64,000 bases of DNA from an uncultured Lachnospiraceae bacterium (GTDB lineage: Bacteria > Bacillota > Clostridia > Lachnospirales > Lachnospiraceae), in the NCBI GenBank assembly GCA_949287925.1, contig CASEIR010000009.1, positions 3,511-67,510 of the forward strand. Direction: 5' to 3'. Numbering within the stretch: the first letter of the stretch is position 1; each line of letters starts with the position of its first letter. Below the pieces are notes generated by a model, which had not been told where the DNA came from, made no database searches, and worked only from the letters and a program-made list of their open reading frames with translations. The position numbers and the translations under genes were made by a program. This document shows, piece by piece, positions 10,064 to 19,344 of the stretch.

Positions 10064-10999
10064 ATGGGAAAAAAGAAAGTTGTAATTGCGCTGGGCGGCA
10101 ATGCGCTGGGCAATAACATCAAAGAACAGAAGGAAGCGGTGGAAAAGACCGCGAAGGTCATCGTAGATCTGGCAAAGCAGGATCTTGACATTGTGATTAC
10201 TCATGGCAATGGCCCGCAGGTGGGCATGATTCAGAATGCCATGGACGGTCTGGCGACCAATTATGATAATTATATGGAGACGCCCCTTCCTACTTGCGTA
10301 GCAATGAGTCAGGGATATATCGGGATCGATCTCCAGAATGCGATCAAATATGAACTGCACCGTCAGGGAATGGATGTGAAGGTGTCCACCATTCTGTCCC
10401 AGGTAGAGGTGGACAAGAACGATGAAGCGTTCAAAAATCCAACCAAACCTATCGGAAGATTCCTGACGGAAGAGGAAGCAAAGAAGAATCAGGAAAATGG
10501 AATTCCCTGCATGGAGGACGCGGGAAGAGGCTACCGTATCGTGGTGGCCTCTCCGATGCCTAAAAAGATCCGTGAACTGCTGACGATCAAGACGTTGGTG
10601 GATGCAGGGCACATTGTAATCACCTGCGGCGGGGGCGGGATTCCAGTTGTGGACGACGGCGGTCATCTGAACGGTGTTAATGCAGTCATCGATAAAGACA
10701 ATGCCAGCAGTCTGCTGGCTGCGGAGTTGAATGCGGATTTCCTGATTATCCTGACTGCGGTGGAAAAGGTTGCCATTAATTTTGGGAAAGAGAACCAGGA
10801 ATGGTTAAGCGACCTGACGGTGGAGCAGGCGAAAGAATACATCGCCCAGGAACAGTTCGCCAAAGGCTCTATGCTTCCTAAGATCGAGGCAGCAATCCGG
10901 TTTGCCGAATCCGGCGATGGAAGACGCACACTTATTACCCTGCTGGACAAAGCAGCGGCAGGGATTGCCGGGGAAACCGGAACGGTAATACACAAGTAA
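10064..10999 (+). CDS. arcC: Carbamate kinase (AllK/ArcC family)
   Basis: ALGGNA, THGNGPQVG, PTKPIG, GGGGIPV, AVIDKD, GSMLPK. Confidence 0.95.
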   Translation: MGKKKVVIALGGNALGNNIKEQKEAVEKTAKVIVDLAKQDLDIVITHGNGPQVGMIQNAMDGLATNYDNYMETPLPTCVAMSQGYIGIDLQNAIKYELHRQGMDVKVSTILSQVEVDKNDEAFKNPTKPIGRFLTEEEAKKNQENGIPCMEDAGRGYRIVVASPMPKKIRELLTIKTLVDAGHIVITCGGGGIPVVDDGGHLNGVNAVIDKDNASSLLAAELNADFLIILTAVEKVAINFGKENQEWLSDLTVEQAKEYIAQEQFAKGSMLPKIEAAIRFAESGDGRRTLITLLDKAAAGIAGETGTVIHK

Positions 11000-11014
11000 T
11001 TTAGGAGAGAGAAA

Positions 11015-12628
11015 ATGAACGTACCAACAAATCTGTTTATGTGGTTTATGGCATGCCTGCCGATTATCGTTTTACTACTCCTTTTGATCAAGTTCCAGTG
11101 GGGCGCCACAGAGGCAGCCCCCATTGGGCTGATCATCACGATCATCACAGGCATTGCTTTTTATAAAGCTGACTTAAGACTTCTGGCATCGGAGAGCGCG
11201 AAGGGAATCTGGAGCGCCCTGCCGATCCTGCTGATCGTCTGGACGGCGATTCTTCTGTATCAGGTGGCGGATGAAGCGAAAGCATTTCTGGTCATACGGA
11301 ACGGGATGCGAAAACTTCTGCCGAACGAACTTCTGGTCGTACTGGCGCTTGGATGGATTCTGGAAAGCTTCCTGCAGGGAATTACAGGATTCGGCGTTCC
11401 GGTAGCCGTAGGCGCTCCGCTGCTGATTGGGATTGGCGTTGCTCCCATGTGGGCAGTAATCCTTCCGCTTTTGGGACAGTCCTGGGGAAATACTTATGGG
11501 ACACTGGCGGCGGCATGGGACTCGCTGGCGTCTTCGGCAGGACTTGCAGCCGGAAGCCCGGAATATTTTGCCACAGCTTTGTGGTCTGCCGCATTCCTGT
11601 GGTTCTGGGATGTGGTGACTGGCCTTATCATGTGCTGGTTTTACGGCCGGGGAAGAGCGATTAAAAAAGGTCTTCCGGCAGTTCTGATTCTGGCAGTGAT
11701 CCAAGGAGGAGGCGAGTTGGCGCTGAGTCAGGTGAACACCACATTATCCTGCTTTATCCCGTCTTGCATCTCGCTGGTGGCATTATTCCTGATCGGAAGA
11801 ATGAAAATGTACCGGGATGAGTGGAGACTGGAAGACAGCCCGATCATGAACCGTCAGGCTGAAACCGGAGATACAGAAGAAGAAGGGCCGGCAGATATGT
11901 CTCTGCTGCAGGCATTCGTGCCATATATCCTTCTTACGGTCCTGACCATCGTTGTTCTGGTAGTGAAACCAGTGAATGAATTCCTGGGGCAGGTATCCAT
12001 CGGGTTTTCTTTCCCGGAGACTTCAACAGGATACGGATTTGTCAACAAAGCGGAGGAATGCTTCTCACCGCTGGTACCTTTTACACATGCAAGTATGTTC
12101 CTGTTCCTGTCTTCCATTGCGGGTCTTGTTTATTATGGAAGCCATGGCTGGATACGGACAGGCGGAACGAAGCGTGTATTTGCGAAATCGGTTGCTATGA
12201 CCATGCCGTCCGGAATTGCAGTGATCGGACTGGTGATCATGTCCAAGATCATGGGAGGAACCGGACAGACAGCTGTTCTGGCAGACGGAATCTCAAGAGT
12301 GCTTGGAAAGGCATATGCGGTGCTGGCGCCGGTGGTTGGTTTGATTGGAACGTTTATGACTGGAAGCAATATGTCTTCAAATATCCTGTTTGGCGAGTTC
12401 CAGGTGACAACGGCAAAACTGCTGGGCCTGAATCAGGCGGCGGTGCTTGGAGCCCAGACAACGGGAGGAGCCATTGGAGCAGCCATCAGCCCAAGTAAAA
12501 TTATTTTGGGTACGACTACGGCGGGAATCCTTGGAAACGAGGGTCAGGTATTGAAAAAGATCATGCCTATTGCGCTGGGGACTACGCTGCTGATTGGAAT
12601 TGTTGTATTCCTGACTGCGGTTTTATAA
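11015..12628 (+). CDS. L-lactate permease (LctP) family transporter
   Basis: FLQGITGFGVPVA, GTFMTGSNMSSNILFG, AQTTGGAIG..ISPSKI; many TM segments. Confidence 0.85.
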   Translation: MNVPTNLFMWFMACLPIIVLLLLLIKFQWGATEAAPIGLIITIITGIAFYKADLRLLASESAKGIWSALPILLIVWTAILLYQVADEAKAFLVIRNGMRKLLPNELLVVLALGWILESFLQGITGFGVPVAVGAPLLIGIGVAPMWAVILPLLGQSWGNTYGTLAAAWDSLASSAGLAAGSPEYFATALWSAAFLWFWDVVTGLIMCWFYGRGRAIKKGLPAVLILAVIQGGGELALSQVNTTLSCFIPSCISLVALFLIGRMKMYRDEWRLEDSPIMNRQAETGDTEEEGPADMSLLQAFVPYILLTVLTIVVLVVKPVNEFLGQVSIGFSFPETSTGYGFVNKAEECFSPLVPFTHASMFLFLSSIAGLVYYGSHGWIRTGGTKRVFAKSVAMTMPSGIAVIGLVIMSKIMGGTGQTAVLADGISRVLGKAYAVLAPVVGLIGTFMTGSNMSSNILFGEFQVTTAKLLGLNQAAVLGAQTTGGAIGAAISPSKIILGTTTAGILGNEGQVLKKIMPIALGTTLLIGIVVFLTAVL

Positions 12629-12649
12629 GGATGACAGGAGGCATATGCA

Positions 12650-12844
12650 ATGAAAAAGAGTTTCTTTCATACAAAAGAAGGCGGTCTGACTATCGCTTTT
12701 ATTGTGATTATGATATCTTTCTTCATCATCCAGAGCGGACTGAAGATGGAGGGAGACGCTGTCAGCATTGCAGGATTGTTGCTGGTACTTGCGGCAATGC
12801 TGTATTCACCGGTGAAGGTGTTTATAATTGACAGGAAAAAATAA
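12650..12844 (+). CDS. Small 2-TM membrane protein of unknown function
   Basis: GGAGG RBS, two hydrophobic segments, located inside the operon. Confidence 0.7.
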   Translation: MKKSFFHTKEGGLTIAFIVIMISFFIIQSGLKMEGDAVSIAGLLLVLAAMLYSPVKVFIIDRKK

Positions 12845-12879
12845 AAAAACTTCCCCGAAGGAAGGGAAAGGAATAAATT

Positions 12880-14121
12880 ATGGGAATTGAAGATGTTACA
12901 GGAAGAGTAGCAAGAGATCTGGAGTGCCTCAAACAGTTTACGGCGACACCGGGAAATGGATGTACCAGACTCCCGTTTACAAAAGAAGCAAGAGGCGCCG
13001 TTAATTATCTGAAAGAACTGATGACAGAGGCCGGACTGGAAGTGTCGGAAGATGCTGCCGGTAATGTGATCGGTGTTATGAAAGGGGAAGATCCGGAAGC
13101 TCCCTGCGTAATGATGGGCTCACATTATGATTCTGTGGTGAATGGCGGAGACTATGATGGAATCGCAGGTGTGATCTGTGCTATCGAAGTGGCCAGAATC
13201 CTGAAGGAGGAAGGTTTTGTACCCAGAAGAAATTTTGTTGTGGTTGGTTTCTGTGATGAAGAAGGTATGCGTTTCGGTACCGGATATTTCGGTTCGGGTG
13301 CTATGCTGGGTAACCGGGACGTGGAGTATACCAAACGTTTTGCAGATAAAGACGGCGTAACCATTTATGAGGCTATGAAGGAATACGGTCTGGTTCCGGA
13401 GAAGATCGGTGAAGCGGCATGGAAGGAAGGATCTATCGGTACTTTCCTGGAGGCCCACATTGAACAGGGACCAGTTCTGGACGCAGAAGGAATTGAACTG
13501 GGTCTGGTAGAAGGAATCGTCGGAATCCAGAGATATATGGTAACGGTACACGGAAGAGCCGACCATGCGGGTACGACTCCGATGGATATGAGAATGGATG
13601 CAGTGGACGCTGCTACAAAGGTCATTTCCAAGATTGCGGATTGGGCAAGAGAGAAAGCGGACGGCACAGTTTCTACAGTCGGCTATATTAATACCATTCC
13701 AGGAGGAATGAATATCGTGGCGGAGAAGGTGGAATTCACCGTAGATATTCGTTCTATGAACAATGACAATATCAATGATATTACAAACCGGATCAGGAAG
13801 GCGCTGGAAAAAGAAGTGGCTGAGTATGGCGGAAGCTTCGAGATGGACAACAAGCTGACCATTACGCCGGTACATCTGTCTGAGGAAATGCTGGATTACA
13901 TGGAAGAGGATTGTAAGGCCCGTGGTTATACATACAAGAGAATGCCAAGCGGCGCGGGCCATGATTCTCTGGAGATCGGACAGGTGATTCCGACAGTAAT
14001 GCTCTTTACTCCAAGCAAAGACGGAAGAAGTCACTGTCCGGTAGAGTTTACAAAATACAGTGAATTCGCCAAAGCATCTGTGATCATGAGTGGTCTGGCA
14101 AAAAGATATCTTGCGAAATAA
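12880..14121 (+). CDS. allC: Allantoate amidohydrolase (M20 Zn hydrolase)
   Basis: GSHYDSV..GGDYDG, DEEG.RF, EAHIEQG, HAGTTPM, SGAGHD, GRSHCP.E; in the all operon. Confidence 0.8.
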   Translation: MGIEDVTGRVARDLECLKQFTATPGNGCTRLPFTKEARGAVNYLKELMTEAGLEVSEDAAGNVIGVMKGEDPEAPCVMMGSHYDSVVNGGDYDGIAGVICAIEVARILKEEGFVPRRNFVVVGFCDEEGMRFGTGYFGSGAMLGNRDVEYTKRFADKDGVTIYEAMKEYGLVPEKIGEAAWKEGSIGTFLEAHIEQGPVLDAEGIELGLVEGIVGIQRYMVTVHGRADHAGTTPMDMRMDAVDAATKVISKIADWAREKADGTVSTVGYINTIPGGMNIVAEKVEFTVDIRSMNNDNINDITNRIRKALEKEVAEYGGSFEMDNKLTITPVHLSEEMLDYMEEDCKARGYTYKRMPSGAGHDSLEIGQVIPTVMLFTPSKDGRSHCPVEFTKYSEFAKASVIMSGLAKRYLAK

Positions 14122-14135
14122 TGGAATAAGATAAC

Positions 14136-14183
14136 AAAAGGTGTGGGCATGATGGAGATTCCTGGTGCTTTCACACCTTTTTT
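14136..14183 (+). terminator. Probable terminator after allC
   Basis: AAAAGGTGTG...CACACCTTTT stem plus T tract. Confidence 0.55.
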
Positions 14184-14227
14184 ATAGTATACTGAATAGA
14201 AAAGCGGCAATGGTGGTGGGGAACAGA

Positions 14228-15898
14228 ATGGGTATATGCGTAAAAGATTTGCTGAAAGCAAAGGAATTTCAGGAAGTAAAAGTAATCAGTGGAGAAGAAT
14301 GGCTTGAAAATGAAATTAAGGGTGTTACGATCATAGAAGCTCCGGATATTGTCAAATTTATAAACGGAGGAGAGATCCTGCTGACCGGGCTCTATGCTTT
14401 CCGCTCCTGTTCGATGGAAGAATTTGAATGTTATATTTCAGAACTGAGCAAAAAGAATATAAGCGGTTTGATCTTGAAGCGGGGAAGATCGGTGGAGAAG
14501 GCGGATGTGAAGATTAGTTTTCTGGTAACATTTGCAAAGAAGAACCGAATTCCGATCTTGGAAGTTCCCTTTGAAACCTCTTTTCAGGATGTGATGAGCA
14601 GAATTATGGAACATCTGTTTAACGAGGAAGTTACGAGACTGAAATATTTCAAGACAACACACGATAATTTCTCCGCTCTGGTTCTCGGGGCTGAGAATGC
14701 AGATAAGGTAATCGAGAAGATTCTGGATGTGCTGGCAAAGCTGATACGGAATCCGGTGGCGGCTTTCAACAGACAGATGGATTGCATCGCGGCTACAGAG
14801 GGGGCAGATACAGTTCTGGAGATCCGGCAGGACGCGCAGGTCTATGAACCGGGGATTTTTTCGAATTATCAATATCTGAGGCAGACAGGAAAACAGACAC
14901 AGTATATCATCAAAGTCAAACTGAATTTCCGTGAACGGCTGTACCTGGTGATTACAGAAAAGAACAGGCTTTTCGATATTATGGATTCCATAGCGGCAGA
15001 AAGCGCCGTAGGAGCGCTGCAGTTTGAATTAGTCAGGCAATACTCGGTCACAGAATTAGAGAAAAAATTTCAGAATGATATTATGCATAACATCCTGAAT
15101 GGAAAAATTGATTCCAAGGGAGAGCTACAGAAGAATGCCAGTCTGCTTGGCGTGGCGATTGATGGAAATTACCGCGTGATCGTATTTGGCCTGAAGGCAG
15201 ACGAACGGGACAAAAGGGACTTTAAGTCGAAGATCGGAGACACGAATCTTCTGAGCGACGCCATTGTCTGTCATATTAACGATGCAAAAGTACATAACGA
15301 TCTGGATAAGATTGTGGCTGTGCAGGAAGTAGAGAAAGACCAGACACAGGAAGAATACAGAAAAGAGATCAAAGAGGTTGTGGAAAAGGTGCAGGAATAT
15401 GTGGCAAGGCACAACAAACACCTGGTTGTAAAGGCCGGGGTCGGTAAGGTTGTGGAGGGCATTATCCATCTTCCGGAGAGCTTTAAAGAAGCAAACGAGG
15501 CCTTCATGTTCGTGGACATTGCTGGAGAAATCGCAGAAGAAGGAAATTCCCGGGTGACTCTTTTTTCGGATCTTGGAATCTTTAAACTGCTGTGCCAGCT
15601 GGACGATCCGGCGCAGCTTCTGGAGTATGTTCCGGAGGGACTGCAGAAGCTTTATAACTATAAGAAACCCCAGAGAGATGATCTGTTGGTAACGCTGAAG
15701 ACATATCTGGACCGGAACCAGAATCTCTCTAAGACGGCGCAGGATCTATATGTGCATTATAAAACGGCGTCTTACCGGATTGAAAAGATTGCAAAGATCA
15801 CAGGGGTTGATTTTGACAACGCAAACGAGGTGCTGGCGTTCCGGATCGGTCTGGTAGTTTATAAGATGATTGAGAAGTATGATAAAGATTTTATATAA
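14228..15898 (+). CDS. PucR-family transcriptional regulator
   Basis: N-terminal PucR ligand domain (VTIIEAPD..FINGGEILLT); C-terminal HTH (TLKTYLD.NQNLSKTAQDLYVHYKT..YRI). Start uncertain (14210 or 14228). Confidence 0.9.
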   Translation: MGICVKDLLKAKEFQEVKVISGEEWLENEIKGVTIIEAPDIVKFINGGEILLTGLYAFRSCSMEEFECYISELSKKNISGLILKRGRSVEKADVKISFLVTFAKKNRIPILEVPFETSFQDVMSRIMEHLFNEEVTRLKYFKTTHDNFSALVLGAENADKVIEKILDVLAKLIRNPVAAFNRQMDCIAATEGADTVLEIRQDAQVYEPGIFSNYQYLRQTGKQTQYIIKVKLNFRERLYLVITEKNRLFDIMDSIAAESAVGALQFELVRQYSVTELEKKFQNDIMHNILNGKIDSKGELQKNASLLGVAIDGNYRVIVFGLKADERDKRDFKSKIGDTNLLSDAIVCHINDAKVHNDLDKIVAVQEVEKDQTQEEYRKEIKEVVEKVQEYVARHNKHLVVKAGVGKVVEGIIHLPESFKEANEAFMFVDIAGEIAEEGNSRVTLFSDLGIFKLLCQLDDPAQLLEYVPEGLQKLYNYKKPQRDDLLVTLKTYLDRNQNLSKTAQDLYVHYKTASYRIEKIAKITGVDFDNANEVLAFRIGLVVYKMIEKYDKDFI

Positions 15899-15919
15899 TT
15901 GTCAGAATAATACGGAAAG

Positions 15920-15964
15920 GAAAGACAATTTATCTATCATAGATAAATTGCCTTTCTTTTTTTT
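15920..15964 (+). terminator. Terminator after the PucR gene
   Basis: AAAGACAATTTATCTAT-C-ATAGATAAATTGCCTTT plus T tract. Confidence 0.7.
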
Positions 15965-16086
15965 ATCTTTGTGTTCCGATGTAATTTGTTAAAAACTTAT
16001 CTATAATTGGCAACATAGATAAGAACAATAAGCTGATAGATAATTTAATATGCATAATAGCCAAAAAAACGGCCTGGAGGGATCTT

Positions 16087-17334
16087 ATGAAAGTAAATAT
16101 CGCAAGGATTCATGCCCGTCTGGAAGAACTTTACCAGTGTGGAGCGCAGGAAGACGGAACATTTACAAGAATGGCATATTCGAAAGAAGATGTGGCCGGA
16201 AGAGAGAAGTTCATGGATTACTTCCGAAATCTGGGAATTACGCCGCGTATAGACGAAGCAGGCAATATCATTGCCCGATTAGAAGGGAAGAATCCAAAGT
16301 TACCTGCAATCTTGACGGGGTCTCATTTGGACACGGTTCCTGACGGGGGAAAATATGACGGTGTGACGGGCTGCGTATCTGGCCTGGAAGTGTGCGAGAC
16401 ACTGATAGAAAATGGAATCCAGCTGGAACACCCACTGGAAGTAATCGTGTTTACAGATGAAGAAGGGTTCCGGTTTGGAAGCGGACTTTTGGGAAGCAGT
16501 GCGATCTGTGGTGAAGAGTTGGATATTCAGGAAAATGATCTGGATCTCTACGGAAACCGTAGGGGACAGGTGATGCAGTCTTATGGGATTACGGTAAAAG
16601 ATGTGTGTAAGGCCAGACGTGATCCGGAGTCGGTGCATTGTTTCCTGGAGTTACATGTAGAGCAAGGCGCGTCCCTTCATAAAACCCATACGCCTATCGG
16701 CGTGGTATCTTCAATTGCCGGCGTCAGCAGGTATGAGATTACGGTATGCGGCGAGGCGAATCATGCCGGAAGTACGGTAATGGCAGACCGCAAAGACGCG
16801 CTTGTGGCGGCCTCCCGGTTTATCGCGGCTGTACCCGGAATTGTAAAAGAGCACGGGAATGCCTATACGGTAGCGACCGTAGGCACGATGAAAGTATCCC
16901 CTAATTCGGTGAACGTAATTCCTGGAAGCTGTACGTTCAATCTGGAGATCCGGGACCAGGATGCAGAGGTGATTTCGGACATGGAAAAAAGGTTGAGAAT
17001 GTGTCTGGAAGAGATCTGTCAGGAAATGGAGGAAACCTGTACCTTTTCCCAGATTTCCTACCATGAGCCGGCACCGATGTCGGACTGGGTGAAGGGTGCG
17101 GTGGAAACATCCGTACAGGAAATGGGAATTCCCTATACGGTGATTCCCAGCGGCGCATTTCACGATTCGCTGATTATGACAGCTGTATTTCCCACGGGAA
17201 TGATTTTTGTGCCCAGTGTGGAGGGAATCAGTCATTCCCGCTATGAATTTACAGAGGATGCGGATATTGAACAGGGAGCGGATGTGCTGCTTCATACAAT
17301 CTTAAAGGTGGATAACATGGAAGCGCCATGTTAA
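16087..17334 (+). CDS. Second M20 Zn amidohydrolase (hydantoinase/carbamoylase family)
   Basis: GSHLDTVPDGGKYDG, DEEGFRF, ELHVEQG, HAGST, SGAFHD, GISHS..E. Confidence 0.88.
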   Translation: MKVNIARIHARLEELYQCGAQEDGTFTRMAYSKEDVAGREKFMDYFRNLGITPRIDEAGNIIARLEGKNPKLPAILTGSHLDTVPDGGKYDGVTGCVSGLEVCETLIENGIQLEHPLEVIVFTDEEGFRFGSGLLGSSAICGEELDIQENDLDLYGNRRGQVMQSYGITVKDVCKARRDPESVHCFLELHVEQGASLHKTHTPIGVVSSIAGVSRYEITVCGEANHAGSTVMADRKDALVAASRFIAAVPGIVKEHGNAYTVATVGTMKVSPNSVNVIPGSCTFNLEIRDQDAEVISDMEKRLRMCLEEICQEMEETCTFSQISYHEPAPMSDWVKGAVETSVQEMGIPYTVIPSGAFHDSLIMTAVFPTGMIFVPSVEGISHSRYEFTEDADIEQGADVLLHTILKVDNMEAPC

Positions 17335-17366
17335 ATAAAAATAAAAGAGAAAGGCAGGGAACAACT

Positions 17367-18527
17367 ATGGAAAAGAAAAAAGTCGGTATTATTGGCGGAG
17401 GTATTTCTGGAGCATGTCTCGGATATCATCTGAGCTTGTATGATAATGCAGAGGTGACCGTATTCGAAAAAGATACTATTGGCGGAGCTTCTACTGCAAA
17501 ATCGGCGGGAACCGTGTGTCTGTTTGACGATTCTTTGAAAAACAGATACTGGGATGTGAGATTGTATGGCTTCGAGTCTTATCTGAAGATGGAAGCAGAA
17601 GAAAAGGGGTCGGCGGGATTTGATAAGACCGGAACCCTGGTTGTAGCAACCGACGAGAAGGTGGAAGCTACCATCAAAACCGGTATTGCGCTTGCAAAAG
17701 CTGCCGGATATTCGGGAGAATATATCACAGACAAAGACCGGATCAAAGAGATCCTTCCGGATATCTCTACAGATAATATCCTGGGCGCCGGCTATACACA
17801 GGATGACGGATATTTTGACGGAACCATGATCTCCAATACATACGCAAAGAAGATGCAGAAAAACGGCGGCGTTATTAAGACCGGTGTAAAAGTTACAGAG
17901 GTTTTGAAAGAAAATAACAAGATTAAAGGGCTGAAGACAAGCGAAGGCGAGACCTATGAATTTGACTATGTGGTAGACTGTACCGGACCCTGGAGTAAAT
18001 TTACAGGTGAAATGGTGGGAGTGGACGTGCCCATCTGGCATACTAAGGCAGAAGCCTTCTTCCTGTGTCCTCCGGGAAAGAAGCTTGGATATACCTTCCC
18101 GGTATTAAAGTATCCCGCATTCTATGCATTACGCGCCGGCGACAATATCTTTATCTGTAAATCACATCTGTCCATGGATCTGAGTAATCCGATGCATGCG
18201 GGACAGTGGGATCCGGATAAATTACCGGCGACCGGCGGAACGGACGACTATTTCATCGACTTCCTGCTGGACCAGCTGGAGGCAAGAGTGCCCGGAATCG
18301 TAGACAGCGGACTGGTATCCTCCTGGCTGTCTTATAGAGCAGAACCGAAAGATTTTCTGCCGATTCTGGGAGAGACTCCGGTAGAAGGATATATTCTGGC
18401 GACCGGTTATGGCGGAAATGGCGTCATCGAAGCGCCTGCAGCCAGCAGAGATCTTGCGAAGTTCATTATGCGCGGAGAAACCACACCGCTTTTGGAAGAC
18501 TGGTCATTTAAGCGTCTGTTGAAATAA
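17367..18527 (+). CDS. FAD-dependent oxidoreductase, DAO / sarcosine-oxidase-beta family
   Basis: IIGGGISG Rossmann motif, STAKSAG, VVDCTGPW, D.LPILG, ATGYGGNG; ATG 17367 preferred over the upstream start. Confidence 0.88.
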   Translation: MEKKKVGIIGGGISGACLGYHLSLYDNAEVTVFEKDTIGGASTAKSAGTVCLFDDSLKNRYWDVRLYGFESYLKMEAEEKGSAGFDKTGTLVVATDEKVEATIKTGIALAKAAGYSGEYITDKDRIKEILPDISTDNILGAGYTQDDGYFDGTMISNTYAKKMQKNGGVIKTGVKVTEVLKENNKIKGLKTSEGETYEFDYVVDCTGPWSKFTGEMVGVDVPIWHTKAEAFFLCPPGKKLGYTFPVLKYPAFYALRAGDNIFICKSHLSMDLSNPMHAGQWDPDKLPATGGTDDYFIDFLLDQLEARVPGIVDSGLVSSWLSYRAEPKDFLPILGETPVEGYILATGYGGNGVIEAPAASRDLAKFIMRGETTPLLEDWSFKRLLK

Positions 18528-18540
18528 TTTAGAAAACGGA

Positions 18541-19344
18541 GTGAAAGATATGAATATAGCAGTTCTGATAAAACAGGTTCCCGTTTCCAATGACGTCTCG
18601 GTGGATCCAAAGACACATGCGCTGGTGCGTGCCAGCTCGGAAGGAATGATCAATCCCTCCGATCTGAACGCCATTGAAGCAGCGTTGGTTCTGAAGGAAC
18701 AGACGGAAGGGAAAGTGGTTGTATTTACCATGGGACCGCAGGATGCAGAGAAAGCGTTGCGGGACGCTATGGCGTTGGGATGCGACGAAAGCTGCCTTCT
18801 GACTGACCGGGTGTTTGCCGGCGGCGATACTATCGCAACAGCGAAGGTCTTGGCAGAGGGCATCCGGAAATATGGCACATTCGATCTGATCATGGGCGGA
18901 GCGCTGTCGGCAGACGGCGCTACCGGACAGGTGGGGGCCATGGTGGCGGAATATCTGGATATTCCGCATATCACCGAGATACAGAGTGTTTGCTATGATC
19001 CGGAGGAGGCAGATAAGATTATTGCAGTGAAAAAATTCCAGGGGATGGAATATAAGATCAAAGCCGTGCTTCCGGCGCTGGTCAGCGTGAATTTTGGCTC
19101 CAACGAGCCTAGATTGGCAACACTGAGAAGCAAGAGGGCTGCCAAGTCCAAGCCACTTACGATTTATATCAATGCGGAACTGGCAATGGATGAGTCGCAG
19201 ACCGGGTTATATGGATCCCCGACAATCGTGACCGATTCCTTTGAACCGGAGCAGGAGAGAAGAGCAGAGCTTCTGACCGGAACGCCAAGGGAACTGGCAG
19301 AGAAACTCAAAGAACTGATCGACACGGAGAAAGGAAAAGAATAA
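18541..19344 (+). CDS. etfB: Electron transfer flavoprotein beta subunit
   Basis: IKQVP, INPSDLNAIE, TMGP, GGDTIATA, DGATGQVG. Confidence 0.92.
   Translation: MKDMNIAVLIKQVPVSNDVSVDPKTHALVRASSEGMINPSDLNAIEAALVLKEQTEGKVVVFTMGPQDAEKALRDAMALGCDESCLLTDRVFAGGDTIATAKVLAEGIRKYGTFDLIMGGALSADGATGQVGAMVAEYLDIPHITEIQSVCYDPEEADKIIAVKKFQGMEYKIKAVLPALVSVNFGSNEPRLATLRSKRAAKSKPLTIYINAELAMDESQTGLYGSPTIVTDSFEPEQERRAELLTGTPRELAEKLKELIDTEKGKE

Noticed and set aside
15928-16022. TTATCTAT/ATAGATAA repeats as a PucR operator
   Set aside because: One copy is the terminator stem, and the AT-rich context makes the rest unconvincing without comparative data.
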